DNA from: Candidatus Saccharimonadales bacterium
GTDB taxonomy: Bacteria; Patescibacteriota; Saccharimonadia; Saccharimonadales; UBA4665
Length of the DNA stretch: 64,000 bases
NCBI GenBank assembly: GCA_035510455.1
Contig: DATKHB010000027.1
Coordinates: 373 to 64,372, forward strand
Direction of reading: 5' to 3'
Positions 39,542 through 47,771 of the stretch are shown here, piece by piece. The number at the start of each line of letters is the position of its first letter. Positions within the stretch are counted from its first letter, which is position 1. The position numbers and the translations under genes are program-made. The notes beneath the pieces are model-generated. The model was not told the DNA's origin, did not search any database, and saw only the letters and a list, made by a program, of their open reading frames with translations.

Positions 39542-42500
39542 GTGATAGCCAGACGTCACCCCCACAGAAAAAAACTTGTTTGGTTAATATTTATCGTTGG
39601 GCTATTAGCTTTTAGTGTGGTTATAATAAGTAGCTCAAAACCTACCCGGGCAGCTTCTATTGGAGGGCTTTATAGACTACCGTTCGACATAGGCGATAGA
39701 CAGCATCCAATTTACGAAGAAATTGCTGAACCCAATGCAGCACTATCTCTAAACGCACCAATAGGCTCGTATGACCTATATGCTAGTCCTGCGAATGGTG
39801 CTAAAAATATTGATTTTGAGTTTCAGCTTGATAGCTGTCCACCGGATAATACTGGCATCATAGCTGTAGAAGGTTGTGCAAAACCAGGCCAACCAACAAC
39901 AATAGCGCAATTTTCTGTAGCCGATACGGTGCATGTCTATTACAGCGGTCCAATAACCCAGAGCGGCACTCTTCCTAGCTCTAGTACATACTATTCCTAT
40001 GTTATACCTACGGCAGACGCTACGCCTATCCCGGGGAGTAATTTGTATTCCGTCAAGCTTCAAGTATTTTTCCCTGAAAGCGTGACCAAAGCAGGACTAG
40101 GAGCTCTATATGCCTTTCGCATAAACACAATTGGGACCAATACGCAGGTATTTTATAGCCAAAGTGACCAAGACCAAGGCCAGTGCGGCCCGGGCCAAGC
40201 GCCACCCTGTACGCCTATAGGCGATTCTTTTTCTGAGCAGCAACGCGGCGGCGTCCAAGGTTCTGATTCCCAAACCGAAAAAGCTGCTGAGTCCACGCTT
40301 GAAATTCCTTTTAGTGTAGCCTGCGCGGTATCGCCTGGCTATCTGGAACAACTGCAATGGTATGATGCTGACGGTTACCCCGGAGGTATACCGTGGAACC
40401 CGGATATAAACTTCGATCTGCTTGACCGAACCTCAAATAGCCCTAGGACTTCTTACACCCAATTTTATTATCCTTCTGGTGCTCCCTTCGCAACATATAC
40501 TCAGAATAACCAACCGCTACCAGCAGGTGTAGTGGGTTCTAGTGACCCTCCAGAAGTTAGTAGTGCAAGTCAACCCGAGATTGGCGGCGATGAAGCTTAC
40601 GGTACCGCATCTTTCAAGGCAAATCCAGGGGATGATTATCTGTGGACATGGAATAATGTTGAATTCGATAACGGCGTGCAGTTTTCTATACCAACTGATG
40701 CAGTACTCCCTGATCTTGGTTGCAGCAAAGATCATCAACCGACTCTAACCGCTACATGCACTGACAATATGATAACCGGTATAGCGAATGACCAAGACGC
40801 TCTAGGCCAAGGTGGCGGCCCTGTAACGGTCGAAGTAAAGACAACGGCTAGGGGATTAGGGGGCAATGTAGATATTGTCGGCATTGCCGCTTCTTCAAAA
40901 GATGGCTATTGGGAAGCTGATAGCGATGGACAGGTTTATGAATTTGGCAATGCGCCTGACTTTCCCGACCCAGGGGGTGTTGGCCCGACTATAGGCGGTA
41001 TCAGCCCGGTACTCAGTGGTCCGAAGGTGGTTGGTATAGCTAGCACTCCCGATGGAGGAGGCTACTGGCTGGTTGACGATGCCGGTACAGTGTATCCGTT
41101 TGGCGACGCTACTAATTACGGAAGTTCGCCCTCTGGCGCTCGAACCGGTATCACTGGTATAGCAGTCACCCCCGATGGAGGAGGCTACTGGCTGGTAACA
41201 AGATACGGCGCTGTTATTCCCTTTGGCGACGCTGGGGAGTATGAGAACGGGGTAACAAACTATGGTGGTGGTAAGGGCGAGCCTAACATTGTCGGCATTG
41301 CTGCTGATCAAAACATTGGTAAATCTACGTCAGGGCCGAATGGTACAACTGTACCGTCAGCTTATTATGGCTACTGGTTAATAGGAAGCAATGGAACTGT
41401 TTGGGGCAAGGGAGGACCGAATGCCACCGTCAGCCAGGCGCCGTGGGAAGGCGAAAAATTGACTTCTGGTAGCGACACTGACGTTGCAATAGTTGCCGAT
41501 CCAACAAGTGGCTCTAACCAACCTAATCAATATTATTATGAAGTATCATCGGAAGGGAATATATGGGTACGACCGGCGGCAGATCCAAGTTATGGTTCGC
41601 CAATATCTGATGACGAAACGGTCAGTGCTCCCATTACAAGTATGGCTGTCACGCCTGATGGGACAGGTTATTGGGAGACTGGTAATAATGGACAAATATA
41701 TAACTTCGGAAGCGCTAAAGACCACGGCTGGGCAATCTCTCAGAGCATAGGCAAGACCACCACCACGGCTCCTTATACTAGTAATCCAAATTTCACATTT
41801 GATCCATCTAACTGGTTAGCTACCGGACCGACGAGCTATGTTGTAATTGCCGAAGATGTCCCGCCGCCAAATTATACTGGCACCCCGGCCAATAATGCTA
41901 CTGAGATCGTTACTTGTGGCGCTCCTTCCAACTCTGTTGGTACTGTCCATTGCAACTTAGATAACACGAACCCCGATCAATCTGCTTACGATCCCTTCAC
42001 GGCTACCATGAAGATTAAATTTACCGGGCAAGGACCAATCAGCGGATCTGCGGTGTTTACTGTTACAGGTACCAGCTTAGTTTATTCTAAATCGTATCCT
42101 GGCATTACAGCAGGTAGTACCTTCAGTCCATTTAATATAACTCAAAATATAACTATCGATCCGGCAGGGACGTATACGCTGAGTGGAGTCTACACTTATA
42201 ACGGTGGTAGTGCTTCATGTAGTACCTCAGTGACTGTTTATAATCAGCCATATTTGTCAGTTTCTGGCGGAGACGTGTCAGTCGGCGGTTATTTTGGTAC
42301 GACTTGTACCGATAACAATGGCCCCCCCAAGCCTGGTGTGTATAGCTGGAATAATGATTCAGGAGGCTACAGCGGTGCTGGCGACCAATTCGCTGTCTAT
42401 GCGCTCGGTCCTATTCGCGGATTTGCCAGCTCGGCTATTAATGACCCACCGACTGATTTATCGTTTTCCAACACTACGGACATTAGCCAGCTAGATTCCA

Positions 42501-43186
42501 ATGGCTTAAATAATGCTACGGACGGTGGCGGTTTTGGCGAGGTCCCTTGTCCGACAAATTACTTCGCCTCTCCTGAGGTTTCAGCTACGCTCCCACCGAA
42601 TAGCCCTGTTAATATGAGTAGCCTTATAGTTCCTAACAAAAATAAAGTATATAACTATGCCAAACCGGGTGGCCTAAATCTCACCCTAAACGCTGACGCA
42701 TCCATACCGGACAGCTCTCAGGTTACACTATATGTAACCGGGAACGTCTATATAAGGGGCAATTTGACCTATAATAGTAATGGCGGTAATGGCCACTGGA
42801 CGACAGTTAGCGAGATACCAGCATTTCGGCTTTATGTATCCGGCAATATATATATAGACAGTGGCGTAACGAATTTAGAAGGTGTATACGTTGCCCAGCC
42901 GACTTCCTTAAAAGCTGCGCCCCAAGTCACCGGCTTTATTTATGACTGCGCTACGAACGCATTTGCCCCGGTGACAACCGCTGCGTTAGGCAACTGCGAC
43001 CAGTCGCTAAACATTAATGGTTCGTTCACGGCCTATCATATTGACTTTGAAAGAGTTTCCGGAACACTCGACCACGGAAGTGCAGCCGAGTCATTTACCT
43101 ACGATCCGGCTGTCTGGCTGACCACTCCAGCGTTAGCATCTCCAGGGCAATACAGTGCCGTTGAAAACTTACCCCCAATTTTGTAA
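39542..43186 (+). CDS. 1214-aa surface protein: N-terminal anchor, unknown ~440-aa domain, six blade-like repeats, ~480-aa C-terminal beta-rich domain
   Basis: Long uninterrupted ORF with a GTG start preceded by GGGGGA. TM anchor LVWLIFIVGLLAFSVVIISS. Repeats such as VVGIASTPDGGGYWLVDDAGTVYPFGDATNYG. C-terminal strands LYVTGNVYIRGNLTY and LYVSGNIYIDSG. No prepilin motif. Confidence 0.85.
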   Translation: MIARRHPHRKKLVWLIFIVGLLAFSVVIISSSKPTRAASIGGLYRLPFDIGDRQHPIYEEIAEPNAALSLNAPIGSYDLYASPANGAKNIDFEFQLDSCPPDNTGIIAVEGCAKPGQPTTIAQFSVADTVHVYYSGPITQSGTLPSSSTYYSYVIPTADATPIPGSNLYSVKLQVFFPESVTKAGLGALYAFRINTIGTNTQVFYSQSDQDQGQCGPGQAPPCTPIGDSFSEQQRGGVQGSDSQTEKAAESTLEIPFSVACAVSPGYLEQLQWYDADGYPGGIPWNPDINFDLLDRTSNSPRTSYTQFYYPSGAPFATYTQNNQPLPAGVVGSSDPPEVSSASQPEIGGDEAYGTASFKANPGDDYLWTWNNVEFDNGVQFSIPTDAVLPDLGCSKDHQPTLTATCTDNMITGIANDQDALGQGGGPVTVEVKTTARGLGGNVDIVGIAASSKDGYWEADSDGQVYEFGNAPDFPDPGGVGPTIGGISPVLSGPKVVGIASTPDGGGYWLVDDAGTVYPFGDATNYGSSPSGARTGITGIAVTPDGGGYWLVTRYGAVIPFGDAGEYENGVTNYGGGKGEPNIVGIAADQNIGKSTSGPNGTTVPSAYYGYWLIGSNGTVWGKGGPNATVSQAPWEGEKLTSGSDTDVAIVADPTSGSNQPNQYYYEVSSEGNIWVRPAADPSYGSPISDDETVSAPITSMAVTPDGTGYWETGNNGQIYNFGSAKDHGWAISQSIGKTTTTAPYTSNPNFTFDPSNWLATGPTSYVVIAEDVPPPNYTGTPANNATEIVTCGAPSNSVGTVHCNLDNTNPDQSAYDPFTATMKIKFTGQGPISGSAVFTVTGTSLVYSKSYPGITAGSTFSPFNITQNITIDPAGTYTLSGVYTYNGGSASCSTSVTVYNQPYLSVSGGDVSVGGYFGTTCTDNNGPPKPGVYSWNNDSGGYSGAGDQFAVYALGPIRGFASSAINDPPTDLSFSNTTDISQLDSNGLNNATDGGGFGEVPCPTNYFASPEVSATLPPNSPVNMSSLIVPNKNKVYNYAKPGGLNLTLNADASIPDSSQVTLYVTGNVYIRGNLTYNSNGGNGHWTTVSEIPAFRLYVSGNIYIDSGVTNLEGVYVAQPTSLKAAPQVTGFIYDCATNAFAPVTTAALGNCDQSLNINGSFTAYHIDFERVSGTLDHGSAAESFTYDPAVWLTTPALASPGQYSAVENLPPIL
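40871..41728 (+). repeat. six blade-like coding repeats in the 1214-aa protein (same family as 38187-38945)
   Basis: Six units: IVGIAASSKDGYWEADSDGQVYEFGNA; VVGIASTPDGGGYWLVDDAGTVYPFGDA; ITGIAVTPDGGGYWLVTRYGAVIPFGDA; IVGIAAD...YYGYWLIGSNGTVWGKG; DVAIVAD...YYYEVSSEGNIWV; ITSMAVTPDGTGYWETGNNGQIYNFGSA. The DNA core CCCGATGGAGGAGGCTACTGGCTGG is duplicated near 41049 and 41170. Confidence 0.8.
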
Positions 43187-43219
43187 CATGATTTATCTTG
43201 TAATGACTAACTACGCTTA

Positions 43220-43228
43220 TGCTATAAT
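43220..43228 (+). promoter_or_regulatory. extended -10 element (TGcTATAAT) 9 nt upstream of the pilM ATG
   Basis: TGCTATAAT at 43220-43228. There is no SD between it and the ATG at 43238. A weak TTGTAA -35 lies at 43198-43203. Confidence 0.35.
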
Positions 43229-43237
43229 CGAGACAAT

Positions 43238-44278
43238 ATGAGTTTACTGAGTGGGGTATCTGAATTCTTTGGGCTGGACATCGGGACAACGTCTATCAGA
43301 GTGGTTCAGCTGCGTCGCAGTGGTGCAACCAGATCGTTAGTTAAATACGGCTATGTGCCAATTGATAACAAGTTAGCGCTAAGTGATTCTAAAGCCGACC
43401 AAGACAAGCTGGGACAAAAGGTTAGTGAACTTATCAGTCAAGCTCATATGTCCACCAAAAACGTGGCTGTAGGTATCCCATCGCAAAAGGTTTTTACCAC
43501 GATTGTAGATATTGATAGAATGCCCAAAGGTGACTTAGATAAAGCTATCCACTATCAGGCAGACGCCTTAATCCCAACACCACTAAGTGATTCGAAAATA
43601 GACTGGGCCCTAGTTGGTGATTCGCCCAAAGACAGAAAGAAGATGGAGATTTTACTCTCCAGTGTACCCAATAATTTTGTAGAACAAAGGCTAGACATGC
43701 TGGAGTCTGTTGGGCTTAATGTAATTGCTTTTGAACCAGACAATCTGGCGCTAGCCAGAGCCCTAACTCCTCCTGAAGCGGCTACTCCACAAATGGTCGT
43801 TGATCTAGCCAATAAGAGCACTGACCTAGTAATTACCATGAATGGCACCCCGAAATTAACTCGCGCTATACCTACTGGTACGGAAGCAATAGTTAAGACA
43901 GCTGCCCAAAATTTGAACATTGACGACAAACAAGCCGAGCAGTTTGTTTTTCGGTTTGGGCTTAACAAGGACAAGCTGGAAGGCCAGGTATACCAGGCTA
44001 TAATTGGTACAGTCGATCTGTTGACGACCGAGATAGAAAAATCCATAAAGTTTTTTCAAACTCGCTATTCAGATTCAAAAATCGATCGTATTATAGTAAC
44101 TGGAGCAGCATCAACTTTGCCTGAATTTCCTAATCGTCTGGCTGATTTGTTTGGTTTGAATGTCGAGATTGGCAATGCCTGGCGAAATGTTTCGTTTGCC
44201 GCTGAACGCCAGAATGAATTAATGTCTATAGCCAATAACTTTAGTGTGGCCGTCGGTCTCGCGGAGAGGGAAGAATGA
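43238..44278 (+). CDS. pilM: type IV pilus assembly protein PilM (actin-like ATPase fold)
   Basis: FGLDIGTTSIRVVQL phosphate-1 motif, 346 aa, followed by pilN-like and pilO-like genes. Confidence 0.85.
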   Translation: MSLLSGVSEFFGLDIGTTSIRVVQLRRSGATRSLVKYGYVPIDNKLALSDSKADQDKLGQKVSELISQAHMSTKNVAVGIPSQKVFTTIVDIDRMPKGDLDKAIHYQADALIPTPLSDSKIDWALVGDSPKDRKKMEILLSSVPNNFVEQRLDMLESVGLNVIAFEPDNLALARALTPPEAATPQMVVDLANKSTDLVITMNGTPKLTRAIPTGTEAIVKTAAQNLNIDDKQAEQFVFRFGLNKDKLEGQVYQAIIGTVDLLTTEIEKSIKFFQTRYSDSKIDRIIVTGAASTLPEFPNRLADLFGLNVEIGNAWRNVSFAAERQNELMSIANNFSVAVGLAEREE

Positions 44279-44982
44279 TTCAATTTAACCTTCTACCGGA
44301 TGTAAAACTAAAATACGTTAAAGCTCGTCGAGCTCAGCATACGGCCGTAGCCATATCAACCATTGCAACAATTGCCGCCGTTGTTGTTCTGCTGTTATGC
44401 ATATTTTTTGTGGACGTTGTCCAAAAAAGAAGCATCAGCAACCTTAACAACAATATTACAAAGTATACTGCTCAAGTAGAGAAAACGCCCAGCCTTAACA
44501 AGGTCTTAACTATCCAAAACCAACTCGATTCTATAAATTCTCTAGAAGCCAGTAAACCGGCTGCCTCTAGATTATTTGGGTACATTACTCAGTTAACACC
44601 CTTAGCGGCTAGTATCGGGAGCTTTGACCTTGATATATCGACCAACAGCTTTACTATTGACGGTACGGCTGATACTTTAGCTACGGTAGACCAGTATGTA
44701 GATACGCTTAAGTTTACTACCTACAGCGTTAATGGCGGCGTGGCTTTACCGGCGTTTTCGAGTGTCGATCTGTCAAGTTTTAGCATTAACACTAATACTC
44801 AACAAGGTCAACCAGGAGTTACCTACGGTATTACAGCTAATTTCGACCCGACTATTTTCAATGCCAGCAAAAACGTCGGCCTGTCTGTCCCTAGTGAAAT
44901 CAGTACTCGTTCAGAAACCGATCAACCGACCGCACTATTCAACCAACAGAGCAGTCCCCAAACTAATAATAACAAGACTTAG
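44275..44982 (+). CDS. pilN: PilN-like pilus assembly protein
   Basis: MIQFNLLPD N-terminus followed by one TM helix. ATGA overlap with the pilM stop. Confidence 0.75.
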   Translation: MIQFNLLPDVKLKYVKARRAQHTAVAISTIATIAAVVVLLLCIFFVDVVQKRSISNLNNNITKYTAQVEKTPSLNKVLTIQNQLDSINSLEASKPAASRLFGYITQLTPLAASIGSFDLDISTNSFTIDGTADTLATVDQYVDTLKFTTYSVNGGVALPAFSSVDLSSFSINTNTQQGQPGVTYGITANFDPTIFNASKNVGLSVPSEISTRSETDQPTALFNQQSSPQTNNNKT

Positions 44983-44996
44983 CGGGAAGCAATAAA

Positions 44997-45674
44997 ATGG
45001 CCAACGGACCCCACATCTCAATCAAGCAACTTAAAATAGATAAAGCAAACACTACGATGTTGGTAGTAATAGCGGTAGCTGCCTTTGTGGTGGTTTTTTC
45101 TTTGATCTCATCAAAGACTTTGATAAGCCAGTACAATTATCAAAACAGGGTAATCAATGCTAAGCGCGTTACCTATAATCAATTAAAAATTGACGTTAAT
45201 AATGCCACTAGCCTCGAAGCTTCCTATGAATCATTTGAGAATCAGCCGCTAAACATTCTAGGCCAAAGCCCCAGCGGCAGCAGCCAGAATAGCGGCGATA
45301 ATGCTAAAATAATTCTTGATGCATTACCTAGCCAATACGATTTTCCAGGTTTTGTCAGTAGTATAGGTAATCTTTTATCGAGCCAAAATTATGTAATAAA
45401 CTCTGTCACCGGCACTGACCTGGGTTCAAGTGAGCCTTCATCGCTATCCTCCGGCCAATCTACCCCAGTTCAGATTCCGTTCGAGATTTCAGTAACCGGT
45501 ACTTACACTACGGTACAACAACTAATATCTACCCTCCAACTATCCATTAGACCCATAGTCATACAGCAGGTAGACCTAAGCGGTACCGATGCTGCTCTAG
45601 AAGCAGATATTACTGCCTATACTTACTATCAGCCGGGCGTGAACTTTTCATTAGGTACTGAGGTGGTAAAATGA
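44997..45674 (+). CDS. pilO: PilO-like pilus assembly protein
   Basis: One TM helix, then a coiled segment and an alpha/beta domain. Call rests on position after pilN. Confidence 0.6.
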   Translation: MANGPHISIKQLKIDKANTTMLVVIAVAAFVVVFSLISSKTLISQYNYQNRVINAKRVTYNQLKIDVNNATSLEASYESFENQPLNILGQSPSGSSQNSGDNAKIILDALPSQYDFPGFVSSIGNLLSSQNYVINSVTGTDLGSSEPSSLSSGQSTPVQIPFEISVTGTYTTVQQLISTLQLSIRPIVIQQVDLSGTDAALEADITAYTYYQPGVNFSLGTEVVK

Positions 45675-45925
45675 AGCAAAAAGATCTAGCAATAATCATT
45701 CTGGTGGTAGCTATTAGCGGCATAATTTCTTATGTAGTGTCCAATAAAATCATATCGACACCGGCCGACCGCCAGCTAAATGTACAGGTGGCACCAGCTA
45801 TTAACACGAATTTTACTAAACCAAACGCAACGTACTTTAATTCGCAGTCAATTGATCTAACCCAACTGATTCAAATCGGGAATAACTCTAACCAAACGCC
45901 TTTTAACCAAACGACTACACAGTAG
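45671..45925 (+). CDS. small single-TM protein of the pilus operon
   Basis: 84 aa with TM helix LAIIILVVAISGIISYVV. ATGA overlap with the pilO-like stop. It occupies the PilP position but I see no recognisable PilP similarity. Confidence 0.5.
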   Translation: MKQKDLAIIILVVAISGIISYVVSNKIISTPADRQLNVQVAPAINTNFTKPNATYFNSQSIDLTQLIQIGNNSNQTPFNQTTTQ

Positions 45926-45943
45926 CATGAGTGGTAATCTATC

Positions 45944-47755
45944 ATGAGTGTTTTATCTGCAACCAGTCAGCAGCAAGTGGAAGACAGTATTGTTCATGAT
46001 CATCTGCTTGATGAAAAGCAGCTACTGGCTCTTAAAGAAAAGGCCAAGAAAGACCATGTACCATTTATCAGCTTGCTGGTAAGTGAAGGTCATATTAGCA
46101 CCGAACAGTTGTCTAAGTTAATAGCTAAATACAATAATCTACCGTATGTAAATCTAACCAATGCTAGTATTGATCCTAAAATTCTAGCGCTTTTACCTCA
46201 TGAAACAGCCGAGCATTATATGGCGGTTCCCCTAGGCGAAATACAGCACCGTTTGGTAGTAGCAATGCTCGATGCGGCCAATGTCCAAGCTGTAGACTTT
46301 CTGTCTAACAAAATAGGCCGGCCAATAAAAGTTTATGCCGCGAGCGAGGAAGGTATCCGTCAGGTTCTCAAACAGTACCAACCTAGTTTAGGCCAGGATA
46401 TAGTCGGCGAGATCGGCGATGTAGACAAGGCTGCAGAAGCTCAAGACCAAACTAAAGTTAATGAAATGAATACTGAGGCTACACCAAAAGAGAAAAGTAT
46501 TGGTAGCGTAGTTCACGACTCTCCAATAAGTAAAGCGTTATCGACTATTTTAGAATATGCTGCTAAGAATCGTGCTAGTGATGTACACATTGAACCAAGG
46601 CAAAACTCACTTAAGATTCGTTGCCGAATAGATGGGATTTTGAGAGAGATAATGGAGCTTCCTAAGAGCACTGAGCCGCCGCTAATTTCTCGCATTAAGA
46701 TTCTGGCTAACTTAAAAATTGATGAGCACCGAATACCCCAAGATGGCCAATTTACACTTAGGATGGGGGATAAAGAGATTGATCTACGTATTGCAATAGC
46801 ACCAGTGGTGTGGGGCGAGCAAGTAGTCATCCGTCTTCTAGATAAAAGCGGTACCAGCCTCAAGCTTGAAGACATGGGTTACCAAGGCCGAGCACTTAGG
46901 AATATTCGCGAGGGGCTTAAACAGTCAAGTGGCATGATACTAACTAGTGGACCAACCGGATCCGGTAAATCAACTTCTCTTTACGCTCTGTTGCAGGAGA
47001 TTAATAGCGATTCTATTAACATCGTTACACTAGAGGATCCGGTCGAATACAAGATGGAGGGGATCAATCAGATACAGATTAACCCCGAAGTAGGACTGAC
47101 TTTTGCTACTGGCTTAAGATCGATACTTCGCCAAGATCCTGATGTGGTTATGGTAGGTGAGATCCGCGATTCAGAAACTGCAGAATTAGCCGTTCAAGCA
47201 GCTTTAACTGGTCATTTAGTTTTCAGTACCTTGCACACTAATTCTGCAGCTGGGATCCTGCCAAGACTACTGGACATGGATGTTGAACCATTTCTGATTG
47301 CATCGACGGTCAGAACGGTTATTGGGCAAAGGTTGGTTCGCAGGATATCAGAGAAGAGAGAGACTTATCAATCTGATGCCGCAGAAACTGCGTCCATTAA
47401 AGAGACTATTGGTAGACTACTGCCGCAATCTGATGCAGATAAGAAGAAAGCTTCCGAAGATCTTGGGTTTGAAGACTTGCCACTAAGGGATCAAAATGCT
47501 TATACTCTAACTAAGGGTATTAATAGCGGCGATACCCCAGGCGGCTATAAGGGTCGGCTTGGACTATACGAAGTTTTTAATATTACGGAACAAATTCAAC
47601 AATTGATTCTTAAAAGAGCAACCAGTAATGAAATCCAAAAAGTCGCGGTACAGCAGGGAATGGTTACTATGAGAGAAGACGGATATCTTAAAGCATTATC
47701 AGGACAAACAACGCTTAATGAGGCCAATCGGGTAGCGGCCTCCGATAACGCATAG
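45944..47755 (+). CDS. pilB: type IV pilus extension ATPase PilB (GspE family)
   Basis: T2SSE N-terminal domain, Walker A GPTGSGKST, Asp box, Walker B, His box (FSTLHTNSAAG). Confidence 0.9.
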   Translation: MSVLSATSQQQVEDSIVHDHLLDEKQLLALKEKAKKDHVPFISLLVSEGHISTEQLSKLIAKYNNLPYVNLTNASIDPKILALLPHETAEHYMAVPLGEIQHRLVVAMLDAANVQAVDFLSNKIGRPIKVYAASEEGIRQVLKQYQPSLGQDIVGEIGDVDKAAEAQDQTKVNEMNTEATPKEKSIGSVVHDSPISKALSTILEYAAKNRASDVHIEPRQNSLKIRCRIDGILREIMELPKSTEPPLISRIKILANLKIDEHRIPQDGQFTLRMGDKEIDLRIAIAPVVWGEQVVIRLLDKSGTSLKLEDMGYQGRALRNIREGLKQSSGMILTSGPTGSGKSTSLYALLQEINSDSINIVTLEDPVEYKMEGINQIQINPEVGLTFATGLRSILRQDPDVVMVGEIRDSETAELAVQAALTGHLVFSTLHTNSAAGILPRLLDMDVEPFLIASTVRTVIGQRLVRRISEKRETYQSDAAETASIKETIGRLLPQSDADKKKASEDLGFEDLPLRDQNAYTLTKGINSGDTPGGYKGRLGLYEVFNITEQIQQLILKRATSNEIQKVAVQQGMVTMREDGYLKALSGQTTLNEANRVAASDNA

Positions 47756-47771
47756 TAAAGGGGTGGTAAGT

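Noticed and set aside
40895-41311. 138-aa minus-strand ORF inside the repeat region of the 1214-aa gene
   Set aside because: It is a shadow of the plus-strand repeats. Its apparent internal repetition is simply the reverse complement of the blade repeats.
43555-44046. 163-aa minus-strand ORF inside pilM (with similar ones at 43856-44059 and 44065-44283)
   Set aside because: All are antisense to pilM, which has clear actin-like ATPase motifs and operon context.
44732-44995. 87-aa plus-strand ORF in an alternative frame of the pilN-like gene (similarly 51277-51597 inside pilD and 13381-13566 inside the DHH-like gene)
   Set aside because: These are same-strand out-of-frame ORFs within longer, better-supported genes, with no independent start signals.
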